A DNA stretch of 64,000 bases, from assembly GCA_965203485.1 (NCBI GenBank), contig OZ241892.1, positions 1,920,001 to 1,984,000 on the forward strand, written 5' to 3'. This document shows positions 27,475 through 36,801 of the stretch, in pieces; within the stretch, counting starts at the first letter, position 1; each line of letters starts with the position of its first letter. This DNA comes from Longimicrobiales bacterium. Lineage in GTDB: Bacteria; Gemmatimonadota; Gemmatimonadetes; Longimicrobiales; Gaopeijiaceae. The translations under genes and the position numbers were made by a program. Under the pieces are notes generated by a model, which was not told the origin of the DNA, did no database searches, and worked only from the letters and a program-made list of their open reading frames with translations.

Positions 27475-27732
27475 GCGGCCGTGCCCGGCGCACGGAGGAG
27501 GGAGAGCGACGGGCCGCGCACCCCGGAACTATATCCGCGCCGGTACTCGGCCGGCCACTCGGTGGTCTTGCGCATCCGCTCCGCCCTGCCTCACGAGGCG
27601 CTGGGCCTCGGCGTCTTCGTGGGGGGGGCAGCCTTCCGGGCATGGACCCCCGGCGAGTTGCAGGACCGGGGCGCAAAGGAATTCGCGGGCACCTTCGGGG
27701 GCGGGCACGTCGCAGCGGGCCGGGCACGCCGC
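27475..27732 (-). ncRNA. Candidate rod-shaped structured RNA (6S-like or unknown)
   Basis: At least five nested inverted repeats span the intergenic region, and a T6 run lies ~30 nt downstream on the minus strand. Strand inferred from G-U pairs and the neighbouring genes. Confidence 0.5.
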
Positions 27733-27756
27733 TACCGGGAGGAGCGCAGGCCCGAA

Positions 27757-28695
27757 TCAGAGGAAGACGTAGGGGAGGGTGGACGGGACCGGCGAATGCG
27801 CCTGCCGTGAAGCAGGCGAGGGCGGCGCGCACGACTGGGCGGCGGGCGAGCGAGCCGACTCGGGAAGGTGCGCCCATCGCTCCAGCGCGAGCGCGACGAG
27901 CTTGAGGATTTCGGCTGGCGTGCGAATGCCGACCAGGCCGTCCAGCTCCGCGCCGGGCAGGCCGGTGGAGAACTCGTCGCCGCCCTCCCTTGCGGGCGCA
28001 GTCGTCCACGACGACAGGGAGTCCAGGCGTTGCGGAGGAGCCGCAATTACTCCGTAGCCCGGCCGGCCTTGCCGCATGCCGGTGACGGCGGTCGCGTGGA
28101 AGGCGCCGTCCGGGGAGGCCGCCCAAAAGAAGCCGTCCACGGACTCGGGGCGTTCGGCGCCCGCCTCCTCGGCCCACACCATGTGTTGGGGCAACTGCAC
28201 GTAGCCGGCTCTGTCCCGAAGCGCGGATGCCCAACCGGGCTTCGGCGCGTCACCCGCGGGCCGATCGCCGGGAATCGAGCACGAACGGCCTCCACGCGTT
28301 CCCGGATCGTCGTCCGAAGTGCCGTCGGCCAGAAGGCTCCGCAATGTGCGCCGGGCGGCCAAGGCCACGACCGGGCTGTCATGCAAGCGCATCGTCCGCC
28401 ACATGCAAAAGGCGAAGAACAGGACCTCGGCATGCGCATGGGCATCCTCGAGCGGCGAAGCAGTCGGCGCGGCGCCTGCGGGCGCGACGGCGGCCGACTC
28501 GCCGTCGTCCGGGCGCAAGTCCGCCAGGACTCCCTGCACCGGCCCCGACATCGCGAAGGCCGCGGGGTTGTGCAAGTCCGTCCCCCGCGCCCCGGCTTCG
28601 GCTTCGATCGCGGGGAAGCGTTCGTCCGCGAAATCCGGGCGGGGCAAGAGCACTTCGTAAGGCGTCAGCCGGGCGAACGCGTCGTGAACCGCCAT
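27757..28695 (-). CDS. Hypothetical protein
   Basis: Ordered-looking segments (RLTPYE, AGYVQLPQHMVW, PESVDGFFW, FSTGLPGAELDGL) separated by low-complexity loops; follows the NSS gene on the same strand. Confidence 0.65.
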   Translation of the reverse strand: MAVHDAFARLTPYEVLLPRPDFADERFPAIEAEAGARGTDLHNPAAFAMSGPVQGVLADLRPDDGESAAVAPAGAAPTASPLEDAHAHAEVLFFAFCMWRTMRLHDSPVVALAARRTLRSLLADGTSDDDPGTRGGRSCSIPGDRPAGDAPKPGWASALRDRAGYVQLPQHMVWAEEAGAERPESVDGFFWAASPDGAFHATAVTGMRQGRPGYGVIAAPPQRLDSLSSWTTAPAREGGDEFSTGLPGAELDGLVGIRTPAEILKLVALALERWAHLPESARSPAAQSCAPPSPASRQAHSPVPSTLPYVFL

Positions 28696-28711
28696 TTCGG
28701 GAACGCCGCGG

Positions 28712-30169
28712 TCACCCGTCCCCGGCGGCCTGGGCGCGCCGCGCCAGCCAGCGGTTGGCAACCAGGAGAACGGCGATCACGACGGCGAACTGGATCACCA
28801 CGGTGCCCACGTTGTAGCGCGACATCAGCGTCCACGTCTCCGCGAAGCCCTTGCCGCGGGAGGCTTCCCACAGCCACCATCCCAGGAGCGCCACGGCTTC
28901 GACGGCCACCAAGCGGATCGCCCAGTCCCACCAGCGTCCCACTCGAACGTCGGAATCCGCCGTGTCCACGAACGATTCGCGCCACTTCGTCACGCCGTAC
29001 TTGAGCACGGCGAAGGCGAAGAAGAGCCCCGTCAGCATGAGGCCCACGCCCCAGACCCAGTCCTGATTCTGGAAGACGCCCATCTGAAGCGCCGACGGAA
29101 TGCCCAACAGGAAACCGGCCGTGCCGACCGCCGCGACGGCGCGCTTCCGGGCCAGCCCCAAGTCCATGAGCACGCGCGTGGAAAGTTCGATCATCGCCAC
29201 CAAGCTGGACCACGCCGCGAAGACGAGCGCCAAGAAGAACAGAGCCATGAAGAACTGCCCGCCCGGGATCCGGGCGAAGAGTTGCGGCACCCATACGAAG
29301 GTCAGGCCCTCGTTGCCCGCTCCCACGATCTCGTCCGCCGCCTCGGGCATCACCGAGAAGATCGTGCACAGCACCATGATCCCGGCCAGGAGCGACATCG
29401 AGTTGTTGCCGAAGCCGATGACGAAGGCGTTGAGGGACGTGTCCTCCTTGGACCTCATGTAGATCGCGTAGGACAGAACCAAGCCCCATCCCGCGCCGGT
29501 GTCCCACGCGTTCTGGGTCAGCGCCTCCAGCCAGACCTTGGCGTCGCCGAGCGCGGAAAAGTCCGGCGTGAAGAGAAACGCGAGGCCGGCTTCGGCGCCG
29601 GGCAGCGTCACCGCCTTGACCGCAAGCACCAGAACAAGAATTACCAGCGACGGAATCAAGACCTTGGCCGCCTTTTCGATGCCGCGAACGCCCCTCAGCA
29701 CCACGAAGACGCCCATCGCCATGGCCAAGCCGTGGAACCCGACCGCCTGCCACGTCGAGTTGAAGGCGTCCCAGAACTGCGTCGGAGCGCCGGCGGGCGA
29801 CGGAATCTCGCCCGTCACCGTGGCGACGAAGAAGCGAATCGTCCAGCCCATGACGACCGTGTAGTAGAACAAGATGGCGGTGGCCACCCACGCCACCCAC
29901 GCGCCCATCCAAGCGAACTTCGGCCCGACCGTCTTGACGAAGGACCCGATCGCGCCCCGGCGCGTCGCCTTCGCCATCCCAAACTCGAGGACGAGCAACG
30001 GAACCGACCAAAGAAGCAAGAAAACCGCCCACGCCACGAGAAACTCCCCGCCGCCGTTCGACGCCGCGATCCGCGGAAACCGCCAAATGTTTCCGGTGCC
30101 GATCGCCATGCCCAGCATCGCCAGCAACATGCCCCAACGGGAAGAGAAGACTTGAGATCGGGTGGACAC
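28712..30169 (-). CDS. Sodium-dependent transporter (NSS/SNF family)
   Basis: FSSRWG, GMAIGTGNIWRFP, NGGGEFL, RGIEKA, GLTFVWVPQLF, FAAWSSL; AAGGAG RBS before the GTG at 30169. Confidence 0.93.
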   Translation of the reverse strand: MSTRSQVFSSRWGMLLAMLGMAIGTGNIWRFPRIAASNGGGEFLVAWAVFLLLWSVPLLVLEFGMAKATRRGAIGSFVKTVGPKFAWMGAWVAWVATAILFYYTVVMGWTIRFFVATVTGEIPSPAGAPTQFWDAFNSTWQAVGFHGLAMAMGVFVVLRGVRGIEKAAKVLIPSLVILVLVLAVKAVTLPGAEAGLAFLFTPDFSALGDAKVWLEALTQNAWDTGAGWGLVLSYAIYMRSKEDTSLNAFVIGFGNNSMSLLAGIMVLCTIFSVMPEAADEIVGAGNEGLTFVWVPQLFARIPGGQFFMALFFLALVFAAWSSLVAMIELSTRVLMDLGLARKRAVAAVGTAGFLLGIPSALQMGVFQNQDWVWGVGLMLTGLFFAFAVLKYGVTKWRESFVDTADSDVRVGRWWDWAIRLVAVEAVALLGWWLWEASRGKGFAETWTLMSRYNVGTVVIQFAVVIAVLLVANRWLARRAQAAGDG

Positions 30170-30443
30170 GGCGAGAAGGCTCCTTTCGGGGGGGCGTGCG
30201 GAAACCACGAAACACCGGCCGGGCACGCTGAGACAGCGACCTCAACCGAGTCGCAGCGGTACCGAGCAACGAAGCCGCGGCCCGCCATCGTGGATCATAC
30301 GGCCGTGGGCCGCTCGCCGCCAGGTCGTCCGTCGCGCGGGGCGTCACTTCGGGCTCGCCGCGCCCCCGCCGTTCCGCTACGCCCCTTTGGGAAACCCAAG
30401 TGCGACAAAACCACCGTGTCCAGGACGCCGACGACGACGGTTC

Positions 30444-30502
30444 TTGATTCAGCCGCGATCTTCGGTAACGTTATCGGACGCATGGTTCTCTTACCAGAAG
30501 AT
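30444..30502 (+). promoter_or_regulatory. Putative MTase promoter with overlapping palindromic operator
   Basis: TTGATT-N16-TAACGT; imperfect palindrome TTCGGTAAC|GTTATCGGA over the -10; inverted pair ATCTTCGGTAA (30458-30468) / TTACCAGAAGAT (30491-30502); GGAGG RBS follows. Confidence 0.45.
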
Positions 30503-30513
30503 GGAGGAAGATA

Positions 30514-32058
30514 ATGCCCAATGACCGAATCCTAACGTTGTCGGAGGCCGCAGACATGATCCGCGTCAGCACGCGAACCTTGGGCGACATGGCCCGTCGA
30601 CGCCGCGTCCCTGCTCGAAAGGTTGGCCGAGAATGGAGATTCCTTCAAAGCGCGTTGGAAGAATGGCTCGCAGACGCCACTGTAGCTCACCAGCACGATT
30701 CGCGTGTCGCAAAGGCGGCCGAACCCCAAATACAATACGAATTGCCGATCGCGGGTTTTGGAGATACCGCTTTTTCTGACAACCGCCAGCGGCGCTTGCA
30801 CCGATGGGTTCCCTGGGTCGCCGGCTTCTCGGGTTCCTTCGTCACCGGCGTCTTGAACAAGATTAGAACGAATGGCGAGTCTCTGCGGGTTCTCGATCCT
30901 TTCGCTGGCGTCGGCACCACTCTTGTCGAGGCAATGAAGGCCGGCGACGATGCGGTTGGCTTCGAAATCAATCCATACGCCGCGCTGGCTTGCAGGGTTA
31001 AGGCCAGCGTGGCCCTCTACGACGTCGAAAAGCTAACCGAAGCCATTGAGCGTTTCGACGACTATGCCGATGTCGCCTTGTGGAACAACATGCGTCCGGC
31101 GTCCCAGCCCCCTCCTGGATTCCGAAGCCGAGTCCCGTTCTTCAGTCCAAACGTCGAGCCGCAGGTCTTGGCCTGTCTTGATTTCATTGCGAATGAGCGT
31201 ACAGAATGGATTAGGGAGATATTTCAGCTGGCGCTGGGAGCTGTAATGGTAGGTTTTTCCAACTATTCGTACGAACCGAGCCTTGGTACACGCGCCGGTG
31301 CCGGCAAGCCCTGCGTAGACGATGCCGACGTTCCCGGCATCGTCAAGAGGAAACTCCGGGACATGTGCGAGGATATTGTGGACTACCAGCACCAGATCAC
31401 GCCTTCCGTGACGCCGAACGTTGCGGCGATTCATCCCCTATCGTACATGAAGCACGCCGATCGCATAGCGCCCGAGAGCGTTGATCTCATAATCACGTCT
31501 CCTCCGTATCTGAACAACTACCATTACATTCGTAATACTCGTCCACAGCTCTACTGGCTGGGACTTGTCGAGGGTGCTCCAGATCTCAAGTCCATTGAGC
31601 GCCATAGCTTTGGCCAGTTTTGGCAGACTGTGCGAACTGGACCGGAGGTGCACCTCAGACCACGTATTTCGCACTTGACCGACCAAATCAAAGAACTTCG
31701 AAACCGGAACATTGAGAAGGGCGCATATGGAGGGCCAGGGTGGGCCAACTACGCAACATCATATTTTAACGACTGTCAGAGTTTTTGCAGAATTACCAAG
31801 ACGCTCATGCGGCCGGGAGGAAGCGTAGTTGTCGTAATCGGAAACAACATTATACAGGGCATCGAATTCAAGACGGACAGGCTATTCGCAGAAATCGCGG
31901 AGAAAGAAGGATTTGAGATGGTCGACATCCATTTGGTGCGATCCAAGCGCACCGGAAACAGCGTCGTCAACTCGCCCGTGCGAGTCGGGAAGGTGTCCCA
32001 GCGCATTCGTCTCTACGAGACGGCCGTCGAACTCCGGTGGCCGGGGACGGACAACTAG
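30514..32058 (+). CDS. Amino (likely N4-cytosine) DNA methyltransferase with an N-terminal excisionase-type HTH
   Basis: ILTLSEAADMIRVSTRTL...VPARKVGREWRF..SALEEWL (HTH_17-like); HRWVPWVAGFS; VLDPFAGVGTT; ITSPPY. Lower GC than the flanks. Confidence 0.9.
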   Translation: MPNDRILTLSEAADMIRVSTRTLGDMARRRRVPARKVGREWRFLQSALEEWLADATVAHQHDSRVAKAAEPQIQYELPIAGFGDTAFSDNRQRRLHRWVPWVAGFSGSFVTGVLNKIRTNGESLRVLDPFAGVGTTLVEAMKAGDDAVGFEINPYAALACRVKASVALYDVEKLTEAIERFDDYADVALWNNMRPASQPPPGFRSRVPFFSPNVEPQVLACLDFIANERTEWIREIFQLALGAVMVGFSNYSYEPSLGTRAGAGKPCVDDADVPGIVKRKLRDMCEDIVDYQHQITPSVTPNVAAIHPLSYMKHADRIAPESVDLIITSPPYLNNYHYIRNTRPQLYWLGLVEGAPDLKSIERHSFGQFWQTVRTGPEVHLRPRISHLTDQIKELRNRNIEKGAYGGPGWANYATSYFNDCQSFCRITKTLMRPGGSVVVVIGNNIIQGIEFKTDRLFAEIAEKEGFEMVDIHLVRSKRTGNSVVNSPVRVGKVSQRIRLYETAVELRWPGTDN

Positions 32059-32618
32059 CAGTTATCGACTGCCGCCAGAATCGTTGCGCGGTCTTCCGTA
32101 GCCTTGAGTCGACTTGCCCACTCACGCCCCGGGTGCAAGATATCCCAGCGCGGGCGGGCGCTAGCCCGTCGGCCGCGCCCTGGATCATGGTTTCCGAACC
32201 CGTCAATCACGGTGTTCCATAGAGGCCGAAAGTGGCTCAGCAATAATTGTTCTGCCAGGGATATCCACACCGGAACAACGACCAAGTAGCGGCAAGTCGT
32301 CTTCGCAAGCGACAGGTTCGTGGCTTGAGTGATCGACTTCGTATGATCTTGCAGGCGACGGAACAGTGCACGATCTACTGGACGGCGGGCTTGGCCACCT
32401 CCTTTTCGGCTACCCGAAGGCATAGCCTTGCCTACGTAGATCGGAACGTCAAGGGCTACCTTTGTATCTCTGTATTCGAGCGACCCTGTATAGTAGATGG
32501 CATAGACGCCCGACCCAGTGACATCGGGCGGCAGGGGTCTGGGTGCTCGATCCAAGAGAGCGTTCACGATGCTTCGGGCCAGGTTCTCGTAATCTAACGG
32601 ATCATAGACTCCACTCAT
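32055..32618 (-). CDS. Eco29kI-family GIY-YIG type II restriction endonuclease
   Basis: YDPLDYENL, GSGVYAIYY, PIYVGKA, RLQDH..SI, AEQLL..FRPLWN, DGFGNHDPGRGR, WDILHPGREWA. Convergent with the MTase, stops overlap. Confidence 0.92.
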   Translation of the reverse strand: MSGVYDPLDYENLARSIVNALLDRAPRPLPPDVTGSGVYAIYYTGSLEYRDTKVALDVPIYVGKAMPSGSRKGGGQARRPVDRALFRRLQDHTKSITQATNLSLAKTTCRYLVVVPVWISLAEQLLLSHFRPLWNTVIDGFGNHDPGRGRRASARPRWDILHPGREWASRLKATEDRATILAAVDNC

Positions 32619-32783
32619 TGGCCTGCTTGCCTCCAGCGTCGCCACCGAAAGTCGTAGGCACACGGGCCCGCGATCGTCATTCTATCTCCTTACGCTACTT
32701 CTTGTCCGGGCAGGCATGGCTCTGGGATGGATGAATGTCCTTCTTCTTCGTCATTGCTCGCGTGTCAATTCCGTCGCTACCGG

Positions 32784-33089
32784 CTAGGGTCGGCGACCGG
32801 ATGGGAATCTACCGGGACCCCGAGAAATGGCCGCGCGGGTGGAGCGGGGCGTGGCCTCGAAGAGGGGCGCGGGCAACTGCCGCTGCTCGATTTCGGACAC
32901 GACCCGGTCGATGCCGCTGCCCCGCCCGTCGGCTAGGGCCGCCGCGTTGGACGGCGCCGAGATGTATTCGCCGACGTCTTGGGGGGCGTTGTGGTTGGCC
33001 TTGAATTCCAGCCAGTCGGTCTCTTGGGGCAACCGGCGCAGCTCCCGCACCAAGCTCAAGAGGCAGTCGCGGCTCGGCGGGCTGGTCAC
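32784..33089 (-). pseudogene. Internally deleted Schlafen/AlbA_2 plus HATPase_c_4-type protein relic
   Basis: N-terminal LVRELRRLPQETDWLEFK..VGEYISA.SNAAAL fused directly to the far C-terminal RGSGIDRVV...QLPAPLF. Confidence 0.7.
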
Positions 33090-33332
33090 GTGGGCGTCCT
33101 CTGCGCGGGCGGCGGTGCTTGGGCCGGCGGGAGCGCAACATGCGCCGGAGCCGCGGCGGCCGCAAGGCAACGGCGGGGGCGTCCTTCCTCTTCTCAACCC
33201 CGTTTCGGCCTTCCAGGTCAAGTTCCATCAAGAAACCAACTCCTTGCCCTGCAACGGCTTTACAAGAGTTCCGGGGATTGTAAGCGAACGACGACGGGCA
33301 CAAGGCGCATCCGCTGCGGCCGGACAAATTGC

Positions 33333-34676
33333 CTATGCGATCTGTCCTAGAACGCGCAACCGCTCCCGAATCCAGCTTGCCACGTGGTCCAAGCCCACCC
33401 GCTCCTGGGCGAGCGTGTCGCGGTCGCGAATGGTGACGCTCTGGTCCTCCGCCGTGTCGCCGTCCACCGTGACGCACCACGGCGTGCCGGCTTCGTCTTG
33501 GCGGCGGTAGCGGCGGCCGATGGAGCCGGCCACGTCGTGGAAGGATGGGATGCGGTCGCGGCGGAGAGACTCGTGGAGGGCGGCGGCGGTCTCGGGCATC
33601 CCGTGCTTCTTGACCAGCGGGAAGACGGCGGCCTTGACGGGCGCCAAGCGCGGATGCAAGCCCAGGACGACGCGCGACTCGCCGCCGACCTCCTCCTCGC
33701 GGTAGGCGTCCACGAGCAACGCGAGCACGGAGCGCCCCACGCCCATGGCCGTCTCGACCACGTAGGGCAGGTAGCGCTCGCCCGATCCGGGGTCGATGTA
33801 GAGCAGCCGCTTGCCCGAGAATTCCTGGTGGCGCGAGAGGTCGAAGTCGGTGCGGTTGTGGATGCCTTCCAACTCCTGCCAGCCGAAGGGGAACTCGTAC
33901 TCGATGTCCGAGGCGGTCTTGGCGTAGTGGGCAAGCTGGTCCGGCCCGTGCTCGGCCAACCGGAGCCTGCCGGCCCGGACGCCCATTTCCTTGTGCCACG
34001 CCAGCCGCTGGTCGCGCCAATAGCCGAACCACTCGTCGTCGGAACCCGGCGCGACGAAGAACTGCATTTCGGCCTGCTCGAACTCGCGCGTCCGGAAGAT
34101 GAAGTTGCCCGGCGTGATCTCGTTGCGGAACGCCTTGCCCAGCTGGGCGACGCCGAACGGGACCCGCTTGCGCGACGTTTGCTGGACGTTCAGGAAGTTG
34201 ACGTAGCTGCCCTGGGCCGTCTCGGGACGCAAGTAGACGGCCGCGGCGTCTTCCTCGACCGGCCCCATGAACGTCTTGAACATGAGGTTGAAGAGCCGGG
34301 GATCGCCGATCTCGCAGTCCCCGTGGCCGCCCGGGGCCACCGACGGCTTGCGCGGGCAGGCGCTCTCGTCGAGATGGTCGGCCCGCCAGCGCCGCTTGCA
34401 CGTCTTGCACTCCAGCAGAGGGTCCGAGAAGCCCTCGACGTGTCCCGACGCCTCCCAGACCCGGGGATGCATGAGGATGCCGGCGTCCAGCCCCTCCACG
34501 TCGTCGCGGGCGTGGACCATGGCGGACCACCACGCGTCCGCCACGTTGCGGCGCAACTCCACGCCCAGCGGCCCGTAGTCCCAGACCGACGCGGCGCCGC
34601 CGTAGATCTCGGACGACTGGAAGACGAAGCCACGGCGCTTGCACAGCGAGACGATCTGGTCCATGCGGTCGGGCAC
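33333..34676 (-). CDS. glyQS: Glycine--tRNA ligase (alpha2 type)
   Basis: KRRGFVFQSSEIYGG, YLRPETAQG, FRNEITPGNFIFRTREFEQ, ELEGIHNRTDFDL, SIGRRYRRQDE. Confidence 0.97.
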   Translation of the reverse strand: MPDRMDQIVSLCKRRGFVFQSSEIYGGAASVWDYGPLGVELRRNVADAWWSAMVHARDDVEGLDAGILMHPRVWEASGHVEGFSDPLLECKTCKRRWRADHLDESACPRKPSVAPGGHGDCEIGDPRLFNLMFKTFMGPVEEDAAAVYLRPETAQGSYVNFLNVQQTSRKRVPFGVAQLGKAFRNEITPGNFIFRTREFEQAEMQFFVAPGSDDEWFGYWRDQRLAWHKEMGVRAGRLRLAEHGPDQLAHYAKTASDIEYEFPFGWQELEGIHNRTDFDLSRHQEFSGKRLLYIDPGSGERYLPYVVETAMGVGRSVLALLVDAYREEEVGGESRVVLGLHPRLAPVKAAVFPLVKKHGMPETAAALHESLRRDRIPSFHDVAGSIGRRYRRQDEAGTPWCVTVDGDTAEDQSVTIRDRDTLAQERVGLDHVASWIRERLRVLGQIA

Positions 34677-34750
34677 GTGGGCGTTCCTCGGCGGGGTCCG
34701 GTGGCGCGGGGTTCAGCGGCGCGGGTTGGAGTGGGCGGCGTGGGGCGGGT

Positions 34751-35779
34751 TCACCGGCTGGGCTGGGGACTGGCGGCTCTCCCGTCCGGCCCGATCACGG
34801 GCGCGCCCGTGACTTCGGCGCTCCATGCCCACAGCCGCTCTTGGTCCTGCTCGTCCTCAGCGGCGGGAGACGGAGCGGCGGGCGTCCCGCGGTCGAAATA
34901 GCCGCCGTTCAAGTTCTCGTCCGGTCTGCCAACCGCAAGATCGGCGACGATGGGCCCGGCCGACTCCGGCGCGGCGACCGGGAAGGAACTGCCGAACGGC
35001 TCTCCCCCGGCCACGTAGTCCTTGAGCAGGTCCGTGTCGTACACGCCGGGGCCGAGCGCGAGGGACTGCACGGCCGGGGGCCGGACCACGGGCGATGCCG
35101 CGCTCGAGGACGGAGCCGGGGCCGAGCGCGAAGCCCCTGGCGACGACGCGCGCCGCACCTGGGAGCCGGTTCGCCGCGCGAGCGTCTTGGCGAAGAGGAC
35201 GTTCGCGAGCTTGCTCTGCTGATAGGCTTCGCGGGGGGCGTAACGCTTCCGCCGGTAGTTGGGGTCGTCGAAATCGAACGCCGGCCCGTGGTGCGCGCCG
35301 GACGACACCGTGATCACGCGCGCGGCGCCGGAGCCGCGCTGCAACGCCGGCATCAACAGACACGAAAGCAGGAAGTGGGCCAGGTGATTGACCGCCAGCT
35401 GAAGCTCGAACCCGTCGCGGCTCTCGGTTCTGGCGCCGGGCAACACGGCGGCGTTGTTGACCAGGGCGGCGAGCGGGCCGCCCAGAGCGGCTACGGCGGC
35501 GGCGGCCCGGCGCACCGAATCCAGCGAAGCCAGGTCGACGGACACCACCTCGTGCGAACGCGTGCCCGCGGGCGCAACCAACTTCTCGGCGGCCTCGCGG
35601 CCCAGGCGCTCGCTCCGGCAAAGGAGAACGACGGAATGGCCGACCTGGGCGACTTCCCGCGCCGCGGCGAAGCCCACGCCCCGGTTGGCGCCCGTGATGG
35701 CGACCGGGGCAAGTTCGTCAGTCGGCTCCGCGGGCGATCGCGGGCTCGGGGCGGAGCTGTCGGCGGGACGCTCGGGCAA
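34751..35779 (-). CDS. SDR-family oxidoreductase (retinol-dehydrogenase-like)
   Basis: TGANRGVG, DLASL, NNAA, VNHLAHF, YQQSK. Confidence 0.9.
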   Translation of the reverse strand: MPERPADSSAPSPRSPAEPTDELAPVAITGANRGVGFAAAREVAQVGHSVVLLCRSERLGREAAEKLVAPAGTRSHEVVSVDLASLDSVRRAAAAVAALGGPLAALVNNAAVLPGARTESRDGFELQLAVNHLAHFLLSCLLMPALQRGSGAARVITVSSGAHHGPAFDFDDPNYRRKRYAPREAYQQSKLANVLFAKTLARRTGSQVRRASSPGASRSAPAPSSSAASPVVRPPAVQSLALGPGVYDTDLLKDYVAGGEPFGSSFPVAAPESAGPIVADLAVGRPDENLNGGYFDRGTPAAPSPAAEDEQDQERLWAWSAEVTGAPVIGPDGRAASPQPSR

Positions 35780-35839
35780 GGACGTGGATTCCTTCAGCGA
35801 GTTGGGCGGGTCGCGGGCAAGGCGCCGGTCCTTCGAGTC

Positions 35840-36385
35840 CTATGTCGGCGGCCCGGCCGGATGCAGTGCGCATTCCGGCGGCTGAAGGCGGGTCCACGAC
35901 AACGAGACGACCCGCCACGTTTCCGTCTCGGGGTTCCGTGCCAGCAACAGGCCGTCAACGCCGCAATGGCTGAACCGCTCGCCCACATAGAAGTCGTAGG
36001 GCGTCCACACCATGGCAAGATCGCCGCTGATCCGCACCTCCGGATCGAACATGCGCTCCGTGAGCACCGCGTCGCTGCCCTCCACCCGGGCGACCAGCTC
36101 GTCCAAGGTGGACGTCGAAACGGTTCTCGCGCCGTCTGCGGACCGCTCCACCGAGTGCATCCGAACTTGCGGGTGCAGTACCCGCCGCAACGTCTCGCCG
36201 TCCCCGGAGGCCAGGGCATCGAAGATGGACTGAACGGCTGCCAGCACGGCCTCGCGGTCGGTGTCCGTGGGGATGTGGCGGGCGCCCGCCGGCACCGAAG
36301 CGCCCAGCGGCTCGTCGCCCGGCGGCATGCAACCCGGGACCGCCGGAACGAAGGCCGCGACCACCGTCAGCGCCGCGCGCTTCAT
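35840..36385 (-). CDS. Exported NTF2/SnoaL-like protein
   Basis: Signal or lipoprotein-like N-terminus; ERMFDPEVRISGDLAMVWTPYDFY...HCGVD...WRVVSLSWT. Confidence 0.8.
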   Translation of the reverse strand: MKRAALTVVAAFVPAVPGCMPPGDEPLGASVPAGARHIPTDTDREAVLAAVQSIFDALASGDGETLRRVLHPQVRMHSVERSADGARTVSTSTLDELVARVEGSDAVLTERMFDPEVRISGDLAMVWTPYDFYVGERFSHCGVDGLLLARNPETETWRVVSLSWTRLQPPECALHPAGPPT

Positions 36386-36801
36386 GATCTTCTCCGCTCG
36401 TTCAGACACCTCGCCTCGCCCCATCCGTTTTTCCTTGATGCCAAGGGACACCTTTTCACGCGGAATCCAATCCTACTCGTGCCAATGGAACGGGGGAAGA
36501 GCCTCCATGCCGGGCTGGTTCATCGGCTGACCGAAGGGTAGATGCTCGGCCAACCGTCCGCAAACCGCTTCGCGCGACGGACCACGCAACGATCGGCCAA
36601 TCGCAAAGCGTTCGGGGACTCGTTGGCCGGCGGTCCCGTCGCGCCGTATGCTTGTACTTGCTCAACCCGAGCCGGCAAAGACGCCGCCGGAGGAACCGCG
36701 CCGCGAGAGCGTTCGCTTGGAGGAAGACTTGCTGCAGGACGAGGACAGCCGGATCCGGGTCGTGGTCGCGAGTCGTCCCGGCCGACTGCGCGGCGAGCGC
36801 C

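Noticed and set aside
27475..27732. SRP RNA, RNase P, tmRNA or cobalamin riboswitch identity for the structured region
   Set aside because: The CCGGAAGG loop lacks the flanking CAGG/AGCAG of SRP. There is no GAGGAAAGTCC, no tRNA-like ends and no clear B12 box.
33238..33282. Xer/dif-like or att-like palindrome beside glyQS
   Set aside because: Only 6 of 9 positions pair, and there is no recombinase or matching partner site.
36560..36625. c-di-GMP-I riboswitch (GCAAACC...GCAAAGC resemblance)
   Set aside because: Spacing, the GNRA loop and the P3 elements do not match.
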